In this document: positions 40,652 to 48,900 of the stretch, in pieces | Position numbering within the stretch: the first letter of the stretch is position 1 | Layout of the letters: each line of letters opens with the position of its first letter | IMG/VR virus record: IMGVR_UViG_3300037042_003896 | Coordinates: 35,684 to 99,683 of that record | Strand: one strand, 5' to 3' | Length of the DNA stretch: 64,000 nucleotides | From: a virus | The notes under the pieces: model-generated | What the model was told of the DNA's origin: nothing | Seen by the model: only the letters and a program-made list of their open reading frames with translations | Database searches by the model: none | Position numbers and translations under genes: made by a program

Positions 40652-41749
40652 TTACGGAATATACATTATATAATAACAAGATAATACAGGAGGAATATTT
40701 GAATGAGCTGTACCACTTCCTGTGAAACTAATTCCTGTAGCTACAGTAATCCCCGTTGATGCAGAAGCAAGTCCAGTAGTTGTTCTGTTACTTGGTTCTA
40801 CTCTAACTGCTCCTTGTAAAGTACTTCCAGGAGCAAATGTCCAAGCAGCACTTCCATATATATAATTTCCTGCTGTAGTAATGTGCGTATGTCCAGGATC
40901 AGTTACAATACTTGATGTAGTATGTTTATGAGAAGCAAGGTTAGCTTCTGTAAGAATTACAGAATTAGCCCCCCATGTAGTATATAATGCATTATAATTA
41001 GGATTATCTCCTCCAGGAGCAACAACAGGATCTACAGTAACTCCTGCCATATCTGTAACACCTACTGGAAGTCTACCTCTTTTATCAGGAGTTCCGTGAT
41101 TACCATTACATAAATATACTTTATCCCAAACACCTAATCCTGCACCCGCAGCATCAAAATTACTTAATGTTCCATAATATTCAATAGCTGTATTAGGAAC
41201 CATTCGATTACTCATTAAACCATTAGTTACTGTAGATGAGATAGCACTGGCTACATATGCTTGTGTTTCAGCAATGGTATAATAATTTACAAAATTATCA
41301 CTTATTGCAGTTACAGTGATTTCTAATGCACAAAGTTCATCTATAGTTGCTTGTAAAACATCATGTGTTCCTGAGGATGGAATTACACCATTAAGACAGT
41401 CTATAGTATAGTCTGCGTTAAGTGTTGCTAAATCATCTTCTGTAGCAATTATCCTATCCTTTAGATCACATATGACTTTTGATATTGCTGTCAAAGTGTC
41501 ATTTAATGTGGCTGGAATAGGAAGATATGCTGCCACAAGATCACATATAGGAGAATCAATAGTTGGGAATATTCCTGTACCATCTAATACTTTTTCAAGA
41601 TATAATAAAATAACTTGTTCAACATGGGATAAAGTATCACCATATTGAATATTTAATGTTTCTCCAAAAGAAAAAGCATTTCCTGTATATTTGACACACT
41701 GGTCAGAGGTTGTTTCTACACAACCGTTAAAGCAATTCGTGCAAGACAT
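40652..41749 (-). CDS. Tail fibre/collar protein
   Basis: LCNGNHGTPDKRGR collar motif, HxH motifs, AHSNIPP..YYIM C-terminus. Confidence 0.75.
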   Translation of the reverse strand: MSCTNCFNGCVETTSDQCVKYTGNAFSFGETLNIQYGDTLSHVEQVILLYLEKVLDGTGIFPTIDSPICDLVAAYLPIPATLNDTLTAISKVICDLKDRIIATEDDLATLNADYTIDCLNGVIPSSGTHDVLQATIDELCALEITVTAISDNFVNYYTIAETQAYVASAISSTVTNGLMSNRMVPNTAIEYYGTLSNFDAAGAGLGVWDKVYLCNGNHGTPDKRGRLPVGVTDMAGVTVDPVVAPGGDNPNYNALYTTWGANSVILTEANLASHKHTTSSIVTDPGHTHITTAGNYIYGSAAWTFAPGSTLQGAVRVEPSNRTTTGLASASTGITVATGISFTGSGTAHSNIPPVLSCYYIMYIP

Positions 41750-41751
41750 AT

Positions 41752-42018
41752 CTATCTGTATTTTAAAAGGTTAACTCTACTTGCAATCATCTCTATTGTA
41801 AAATGGATTGCATAATCTGGATTGAAATATTTATATTGTAAAATCCGTTTGTAATTCAACAGATCAAGAATTGCTCCTGCTGGAATAGGTTTATTCAACA
41901 TAAATACGATATTGTTATATAAATTGCTACCTAATTCTGCTAATTTACAATCTATATCTGCGATTAAGATTGTAATATCAGAACAGTCAGCACAATTTAT
42001 AAGTCTTGGCATTAACAT
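41752..42018 (-). CDS. Small structural protein (tail hub-like)
   Basis: 88 aa; gene order only. Confidence 0.4.
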   Translation of the reverse strand: MLMPRLINCADCSDITILIADIDCKLAELGSNLYNNIVFMLNKPIPAGAILDLLNYKRILQYKYFNPDYAIHFTIEMIASRVNLLKYR

Positions 42019-42019
42019 G

Positions 42020-42175
42020 TTAATATGTCTTTACTTGATTAGGATTTGTTGGTTTTGGTTGAGGAACTGCAAGTTTTGATTGATTGCTTTTACAAGCTCC
42101 ACAAAGTCCATTACTCAACTGACATGCAGGCACATTAGCCTGACATATTTTACATTTTGTTGGTTGACATCCCAT
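42020..42175 (-). CDS. 51-aa Cys-rich putative zinc-binding protein (below ORF-track cutoff)
   Basis: MGCQPTKCKICQANVPACQLSNGLCGACKS...; TAATG coupling with upstream gene; fills the gap exactly. Confidence 0.7.
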   Translation of the reverse strand: MGCQPTKCKICQANVPACQLSNGLCGACKSNQSKLAVPQPKPTNPNQVKTY

Positions 42176-42714
42176 TATTGAAAGTTTATTAAATAGTTAT
42201 TTCCAGAGCATCCACAATTTGTTCTAATAAAATTATTTAACATTTTGTCTGCTTGGATATATAATTTTGTTGATTCAATTGTTGCACAATTATTTGCTGA
42301 TGCAATAGATCCTTGAATAAAGAAGTAGATAGTATTTAAATCAACTTTTGACTGTGTCTTGATTGCTCTATCACATTCCATCATATCAAGTTTCATAAAG
42401 GCTTCATCAAACTTTTCTTGAATTTTATCTGTACGCATAATCCTCTTCTCCACAATATTATCATCTACATCAAATCTGAAACAATATATTCCATCAGGAA
42501 GAGGTTGTATGTCAACTGAAATTTCAAGAATAACCGAATTTAAAATAGTAGTGCCTTCTGTTACAATAGGTATATTGCTTATTGTACCAAATCCTGGAAC
42601 TTCTACTTCAACTACAGCAAATACTGGAGGAACATCATATGTGGATGCATCTACAATAGCTATTGTATTAAGATCATATGTTGGAAGTATCAAGAAATTT
42701 AATATAGTTGCCAT
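42175..42714 (-). CDS. Structural protein (tail hub-like)
   Basis: Likely start MATILNF at 42714; LPDGIYC motif; gene order. Confidence 0.5.
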   Translation of the reverse strand: MATILNFLILPTYDLNTIAIVDASTYDVPPVFAVVEVEVPGFGTISNIPIVTEGTTILNSVILEISVDIQPLPDGIYCFRFDVDDNIVEKRIMRTDKIQEKFDEAFMKLDMMECDRAIKTQSKVDLNTIYFFIQGSIASANNCATIESTKLYIQADKMLNNFIRTNCGCSGNNYLINFQ

Positions 42715-42729
42715 ATTATTTAAATAAAA

Positions 42730-42770
42730 TATGCCAGAGGATTTGAGAGATCCTCTCACCCTCTGGCATA
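42730..42770 (-). terminator. Strong hairpin after the highly expressed structural gene
   Basis: TATGCCAGAGG...CCTCTGGCATA inverted repeat followed by a U-rich tract on the minus strand. Confidence 0.6.
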
Positions 42771-42796
42771 GGTTTATGATTTAATAAATGTTAGAA

Positions 42797-43930
42797 TTAC
42801 ATAACCACCAAACCAGTAGTTGTTGTTGTAGTAGTGATACAAACATTATTATCAGCAACAGTTCCTAAAGCATCTTCAAGAGCATCTTGAAAAGCAATAG
42901 AGGCAGGACCACCCGCAATAGCAGCAATAATAACCATCGAATCTTCTTTAATGTAGTCACCCCAAGCATATGCTGATTTGTCTATCTCATTAAATTTGAT
43001 ATAGAAAGTATCATAAGTAGAACCACTTGATACCCAACTTTCGAAGTTACCATTATATCCTGCCATCCTATAGAGATGTTTCAGATACCCAGCCTGATAG
43101 CTATAGAAGTTCTTCTCAAGTTGTGCAATTTCAGCAGAAGTACCAGTTGCATAATTTGAAGTCTGAACAACAGTAGCTTCTGCTACGATGTTACAAGCAT
43201 CAGCAACAATGAAGTCTGCAGTAGTTGCAGGTCCACTATATACAAATGTACGGAAATACATCCTGTCATATTCAAATGGGAATGCAGCAACGTCACATGG
43301 CTGACCATATGCGGTGAGAGCTTTACCAGTGATACGAAGAATAGTTCCACCAATATTTTCAAATGTATAGAACTGAGTCAAATGAATATTGTCTGAGTTA
43401 ATACCAGGAGCCTGAGCTTCAAGTTTTACAATGAAAAGATCAATAAGAGCACTAAGATCTGCAATAGGATCACAAGGATCAGCACCACAGTCACAACAAG
43501 GAGCCTGAACAGTTACTGAACGTGTAAAACCATTGAAATAAAGAGTGTCAAGATAACTTGAATGTGCACGAAGGGTAAGGGTGATAACATCACCACATTT
43601 TACATCCCAACTGTCAACATCAGTAATCTGAGTTACAGGAGTTGGACATCCTGAAACTTTGTACCATTCTGTAACGTTAGAGTTACATCCCCTACTAGCA
43701 CCACATCCAGCAATTTTATCTGAACGTTTTGATCCTTGTAGATAAGTGTTAGTCCTACCTTGAGCCACATAGAAATATGGACCTGAAGAAGGAGTTGGAG
43801 TTGCTTCGTAAGCGTTATCAAAGATACCCACTTCACCAGCAGTTAAAGCTTGTGTAGCACTACCAGGTGTAGGAAGAGCAATCTGTCCTATTGGCACTAC
43901 GAAAAGCGTGGTTAATGAAAAATCAGCCAT
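42797..43930 (-). CDS. Auxiliary capsid/major structural protein
   Basis: 377 aa; codon usage resembles the capsid gene; gene order; followed by a terminator. Confidence 0.5.
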   Translation of the reverse strand: MADFSLTTLFVVPIGQIALPTPGSATQALTAGEVGIFDNAYEATPTPSSGPYFYVAQGRTNTYLQGSKRSDKIAGCGASRGCNSNVTEWYKVSGCPTPVTQITDVDSWDVKCGDVITLTLRAHSSYLDTLYFNGFTRSVTVQAPCCDCGADPCDPIADLSALIDLFIVKLEAQAPGINSDNIHLTQFYTFENIGGTILRITGKALTAYGQPCDVAAFPFEYDRMYFRTFVYSGPATTADFIVADACNIVAEATVVQTSNYATGTSAEIAQLEKNFYSYQAGYLKHLYRMAGYNGNFESWVSSGSTYDTFYIKFNEIDKSAYAWGDYIKEDSMVIIAAIAGGPASIAFQDALEDALGTVADNNVCITTTTTTTGLVVM

Positions 43931-43957
43931 TTTTGTTTAAGATTAAATTGTTAATAA

Positions 43958-44689
43958 TTATTCATTTGTTTGAATTCTAAATTGTGCGCTTTGTACAGCA
44001 GAAGCATTCTCGGTGTACATTGCTAAGTTTTGTACTGTTAGATCTAATAGTTCGTCCTCTAGATATAATTCTAATTCGCAATCTTGATTAGTTGATGGAG
44101 TTCCATCAAACTTAACATATCCTGCTTTATCAATATAAACTGGATATCTCATATACATTATGTAGATATCTAAAGGAGTGAACGTTCCATCTGTAAATAC
44201 AGAAATTTCATCAGAAGATAAAAAGTTAAACGTTTCTTGATATTCAAAGGACGGTTTGTAATGATCATTATTTAGAATAAACTGAAGATCACCATGTTTA
44301 GCAAGATCTCTATTAATCCAAATTTTTCTATTCTTACATCTTCCTTTATCTGCTAAAATATATGAATCTATATAGAACATATATTGAGGAACTAATGTAT
44401 GCACATTTGCTACCCATTGATTCAACTCTACATCTTTAATTGCTAAAGATAGAGGTTGATGGTTATAATTAATGACTAAACTTTGTAGGTCTTCATAACG
44501 TTTTTTAAACGCATCAAATCCCATACCGCTTACCACACTAATTCCATCAACCTTTTGCTTTATTAATTTAATCTGTGCTTCATTTAAAGCTAAGATTTTA
44601 TCTTCTAGCTGAATCTGTTGATGATCATTAGTAGATAGCTTATTTAGTTTCTGATCTATCTTGTATAATAAACTATCTACAGGTATCAT
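43958..44689 (-). CDS. Head-tail ring protein
   Basis: 243 aa; LNEAQ and YMRYP motifs; gene order. Confidence 0.55.
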   Translation of the reverse strand: MIPVDSLLYKIDQKLNKLSTNDHQQIQLEDKILALNEAQIKLIKQKVDGISVVSGMGFDAFKKRYEDLQSLVINYNHQPLSLAIKDVELNQWVANVHTLVPQYMFYIDSYILADKGRCKNRKIWINRDLAKHGDLQFILNNDHYKPSFEYQETFNFLSSDEISVFTDGTFTPLDIYIMYMRYPVYIDKAGYVKFDGTPSTNQDCELELYLEDELLDLTVQNLAMYTENASAVQSAQFRIQTNE

Positions 44690-44856
44690 TATTTTTTCTT
44701 TTTAGCAACTTTGCCACCACATTTCATAGTCGTTCTTGGGGTTAATGTTGCTTGTTTAGTTTTAGGTAATCCTGCCCCAGTTAAACTTCCAACATCACCA
44801 GGATTCATTCCTTCCGTATACGTTCGTCCTGTTTTAGGTTTAATTCTTGCTCCCAT
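44689..44856 (-). CDS. 55-aa basic protein ending MKCGGKVAKKKK (below ORF-track cutoff)
   Basis: Translated by hand; TAATG-coupled to the next gene. Confidence 0.65.
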   Translation of the reverse strand: MGARIKPKTGRTYTEGMNPGDVGSLTGAGLPKTKQATLTPRTTMKCGGKVAKKKK

Positions 44857-44873
44857 GTTGTTTATTTTTAAAA

Positions 44874-45842
44874 TTAAATAGATGCAATTTTCTTTGTTTT
44901 CAATTTTCCTTCCAATGTAATCAATTGATCTTGATTATCATCATCGGCAAGAAATTTAATAAGGTCATCTTCGTCTTTAGCTATTTCATATTCACCTTCA
45001 TAGACTTTACCACTTGGTTTAACCCTATATACGGAATGAATAATAGCTTGCTTGACAAGATCTTTTATATGGAGTAAATTTTCTTTCATGTCTGCAAACC
45101 TGTTAAACACCTCAACCGTTGAAAGTCCTTGGTATTTACCAACTTTGAATTCAGTCTCTTTCAGAACATTATCTACTTGATTGTATACAAACTCCTCTGT
45201 TGAATTATCTGAAACAGGAAGTCCCAGAAGTCTTGCAACTTTTTTCTTCTTTTCAGGAGTCATACTATCAAACTTGGCTATAGCTTTATTGATTAATTGT
45301 TTCTTCTTAAAGACTATCGCATTTTCTATTTCTTCATCTGCAACATAAAATTGTGTATCTGCAGGATATTCACCACGTTCCCAAGCTTGATAACTAGAAG
45401 CTATAGTAGGATGAACACGTAACCAAGAAAAAGCTAACTCTTGTAATGGAGAAACCAAATCAAAGAAATTATCACCATCAATCAATTTAACAGGTTGTAC
45501 GTGTAATACATCGTCTGTGGAGGTAGATAATCCATAGTTCCAAAAAGAAGCACGAGGACCAAAATCTACATCACCAAGAGCTGATTGTAATTTAGCTCGC
45601 AATGCTTTGATTCTGTCCATCTCCAATTCTCGTTCTATAGGATCAGCAATTCTTTTAAGATAAGCAGCGTCAAGATCTAGTCCTGTTCTATACTTACCAT
45701 CTAATTCTTTATAAGGATACTTAAATACTCCTGTACCAGGAATTCTTGTAAGACCTTTTAACGATAATCCTCCTTGCATTGTTTGTAGTCCAGAGGTACT
45801 ATAATCTCGTTTGATTGTAGAAATTTTTCCTATTTTACCCAT
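44874..45842 (-). CDS. Conserved capsid-module protein downstream of the major capsid gene
   Basis: 322 aa; gene order. Confidence 0.5.
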   Translation of the reverse strand: MGKIGKISTIKRDYSTSGLQTMQGGLSLKGLTRIPGTGVFKYPYKELDGKYRTGLDLDAAYLKRIADPIERELEMDRIKALRAKLQSALGDVDFGPRASFWNYGLSTSTDDVLHVQPVKLIDGDNFFDLVSPLQELAFSWLRVHPTIASSYQAWERGEYPADTQFYVADEEIENAIVFKKKQLINKAIAKFDSMTPEKKKKVARLLGLPVSDNSTEEFVYNQVDNVLKETEFKVGKYQGLSTVEVFNRFADMKENLLHIKDLVKQAIIHSVYRVKPSGKVYEGEYEIAKDEDDLIKFLADDDNQDQLITLEGKLKTKKIASI

Positions 45843-45866
45843 AATGTAGTTATTTGTTTGGTTTTT

Positions 45867-45956
45867 GAGAATTAGCCCCCCTCTAGGTGGGATGGGGCGA
45901 GGGGGGCTTTTCTCGGTAAATTAAATGGCTTAGAGATTTTCAAAATATTCTCTAAG
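45867..45956 (-). terminator. Two hairpins downstream of the major capsid gene
   Basis: AGCCCCCCTC..GAGGGGGGCT and CTTAGAGA..TCTCTAAG inverted repeats. Confidence 0.55.
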
Positions 45957-45964
45957 TGGTATTA

Positions 45965-47518
45965 TTAGAACTGAGGAATCTCTTCGATAAGAACGGTACG
46001 AGACAAATCCTCAATGAATACATCACAACGGTCTTTCATCCAAATCTCATATCCAGGGAACTTATTTGCAGAACTCATACCCTGTGATTTAGCAAAACCT
46101 AAGTGATGGCGAGTTCCATCAATATATCCCCAAGTCATTGAAGGAGCACCTTTCATCCTGACTTCACGAATGTTGTTTACCAATGAACCATCGCTCATAG
46201 GAGAAACATCAAACACCATGAATACAGGAGTTGATTTTTTATTCTGACCAAATTCCAGGTTTGACTGTGGAAGATCAAGTTCTTTCAAGTGAATAAGTTC
46301 AACACGACCAGTTTCACGAGTAACCATTGCATCAAACGCAAAGTTATAAGTGATGTGCTGTCCTTCTCCTTGCATATAACGATTTCCACTATCAGCCATA
46401 AACGTCAACCCTGAATTCAGAGCATCAGATTTAAGAGCCTGTTGAAATACATCAAACCCTGCTTCATTGGTATACATTTTAACCCTACGGTCTTTAACAT
46501 CAACACGCCTGTAGAAAAGATCACCAAATACTGAACGAATCAAATTTGCTGAGAACTCACCACGGTTATACTGAACAAGATTACCGTTATTACGCATACG
46601 ATGATAAACACCAGCAGACGTACGTTTCAGTTCCTGTTTGCTACCATTAGTTTTAACAGTACCAGGTTTGCTCCAAATCATACGCTTAACTTTCAGTTCA
46701 AGCATTGACTTACGCATCCAGAATTCAATAAACGGTTCCCATTTAACATCATTACGAGTTAAAGGAAGTTGATTCCTACGTTGAGGAGCATAGACAAGAA
46801 TATCTAAAGGTTTGCCCGAAGCATCAACCATCATTTTGTCATCAGCCCATTCAGTGATTTTGTGTTCGAAACCATAACCTGAACCCAAAGATTCAAACAT
46901 TGTGATTTGCTCACCCAAACGAGGAAGACCTAAGAGATCCTGATCGAATTCACCAATAGCAGCATCAACCATTTCAAGTTCGATACCTACTTGTAAGAAT
47001 GTAGAAGTTACGAAATCTACTTGTGGATTATCAGTAACCAACGTAAAGCTGTATAAATAACCCATATTCCAAGGAATAGGATCTTTTATAACATACCAAC
47101 GAGGACCATACTGACGTGAACCCACAGAAACAATAGCGTTCTTTGAGAATTCGTTAGTGTCCAATACCACCTGAAATTCCTGACCATCAACACCTGGCTT
47201 TTGTAAAGCGATAGTTGACGAAGGAATGTCAATGATTTTAGGAAATTTGTAAGGAACGGCTACTTGCCATTTCCAAGCATCACTATTATTATCAATGTAA
47301 TAAGGTGTGCTTTTGTTAATCATGTCAAGGAAATCATTACTGTACAACGAGCTCTGAGTATAGAGACTGATAATTTTCTTATCATAGTCTGCTGGCTCAG
47401 TGCTGTGGAATGACTCCAAGTGATTCGAATCTGTAAGTTTCCCTACTGCACGTTTGTCCATAGAGGCAACCCTAGCGTAGGTAAAACCAGTTAATCCTGG
47501 GATAGTTTGAATTGACAT
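45965..47518 (-). CDS. Major capsid protein
   Basis: 517 aa; follows portal and scaffold; biased codon usage; TNEAGF and FAFDAM motifs of crAss-like capsids. Confidence 0.85.
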   Translation of the reverse strand: MSIQTIPGLTGFTYARVASMDKRAVGKLTDSNHLESFHSTEPADYDKKIISLYTQSSLYSNDFLDMINKSTPYYIDNNSDAWKWQVAVPYKFPKIIDIPSSTIALQKPGVDGQEFQVVLDTNEFSKNAIVSVGSRQYGPRWYVIKDPIPWNMGYLYSFTLVTDNPQVDFVTSTFLQVGIELEMVDAAIGEFDQDLLGLPRLGEQITMFESLGSGYGFEHKITEWADDKMMVDASGKPLDILVYAPQRRNQLPLTRNDVKWEPFIEFWMRKSMLELKVKRMIWSKPGTVKTNGSKQELKRTSAGVYHRMRNNGNLVQYNRGEFSANLIRSVFGDLFYRRVDVKDRRVKMYTNEAGFDVFQQALKSDALNSGLTFMADSGNRYMQGEGQHITYNFAFDAMVTRETGRVELIHLKELDLPQSNLEFGQNKKSTPVFMVFDVSPMSDGSLVNNIREVRMKGAPSMTWGYIDGTRHHLGFAKSQGMSSANKFPGYEIWMKDRCDVFIEDLSRTVLIEEIPQF

Positions 47519-47544
47519 TTTGTTACTTTTTGTTTGTTATTAAT

Positions 47545-48789
47545 TTATTGGAACCATGAATTCTGTTTACTCTGTGTATTAGTACTTCCTGTTTTAGATT
47601 TTGTTACTTGTCTGGCTACTTCACCGAAAAGCTCATTAGACTTCTTTGTAACACCTGTCCTTTGGATAGTAGATAATGTGGGATCTTTTTCTAAAATTTT
47701 AAGAAGCAGAGCAAGTTTTACTTTCGTTGCATGATTCTCAGGTCTTTTCATTTCCAAAATAGCACGATCAAAATCGGTCAACGTTTCTCCAGATGCGGTT
47801 TTATATTTATCTACCAACAGGAAGTCTTGTAGTTCACTTGCTAATTTTGGATTGATAGGAATACCATCAAACTCTTTTGTTTTCAGTTTCTCTTGAATGA
47901 TAGACTGAACGTTTTGTATGTATTGATTCTTGTATGTTGTCTTTTGTTGCAATTCACGTTCTGCAACAGCTTCCATTTGTTGAAGTTTAGCAGCTTCTTT
48001 TTTAACTAAGACCTTATGATGTTTTATTGCTACTGTTTCCAGGTCACCATAATTTTTAAGTCGTTCAATTTCTGTTGTAACATCCTCAGGTTCAAATCCT
48101 TGGTCAGTTAATGCTTGTTTCAGAACAATGGTCTGATTCATTTCATCAGTAAGATCTAATTCTGCAAAACTTGTTACATTATTATATACACCAAAATATT
48201 CTTTAGGATTTACTCCTTTAACAAATATGGCATCAAATGCATTTTGATAGTCTTCACCAAATTGTGCAATGAAATTATTTACCACTTCAATTGCACCTTT
48301 TTTCTTTTCTGCATTAAATTTTTCAAGAAAATCTTCAGCAGTATTAATAGGTGTATCTTCTTCCGTATCATCTTCATTAGTGAAGACACCTAGTTTATAA
48401 AGATCTCGTGATAGTGCAGTGAATTGAGAAACTTGTTCTTCTTCTTCTTCAGATTCTTCAGTCTTAGGTAAAGGTTTTGTAATTACAAGATCTTCTTCAT
48501 CTTCCTCATTATCATCTCCTAAGAAATTAGAAATAAGACTCTGACCACTTGTATCTTCTTCTTCACCTTCAATCTTTTGAACAATCTCTTTGCCTTTAGG
48601 GCGTTTATTACTAGGTGGGTCAATTGTGTCTTCCACTTCCTTAATAATAGGTTTTACCTCATCAGGATTACTTGTGGAAGTTTCTGGACTCATTAAGTCA
48701 TTTAAGAGTTCAGCGTTTCCTAATCCCATTTCCATAGTATTTTCAATACTAAAGTTTCCAAATGATGGACTATCTAAATTATCAGCCAT
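47545..48789 (-). CDS. Scaffold-like protein
   Basis: Acidic low-complexity N-terminus and helical C-terminus; between portal and capsid genes. Confidence 0.6.
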   Translation of the reverse strand: MADNLDSPSFGNFSIENTMEMGLGNAELLNDLMSPETSTSNPDEVKPIIKEVEDTIDPPSNKRPKGKEIVQKIEGEEEDTSGQSLISNFLGDDNEEDEEDLVITKPLPKTEESEEEEEQVSQFTALSRDLYKLGVFTNEDDTEEDTPINTAEDFLEKFNAEKKKGAIEVVNNFIAQFGEDYQNAFDAIFVKGVNPKEYFGVYNNVTSFAELDLTDEMNQTIVLKQALTDQGFEPEDVTTEIERLKNYGDLETVAIKHHKVLVKKEAAKLQQMEAVAERELQQKTTYKNQYIQNVQSIIQEKLKTKEFDGIPINPKLASELQDFLLVDKYKTASGETLTDFDRAILEMKRPENHATKVKLALLLKILEKDPTLSTIQRTGVTKKSNELFGEVARQVTKSKTGSTNTQSKQNSWFQ

Positions 48790-48900
48790 ATGTAGTTATT
48801 TTAAAAATATTGGTTTACAATGTAAAAATATAACAATTCTAATTACAATTAACAAATTTGATTGACAAAATGCTTATTTTTGTAGATAATATAGCATTAA

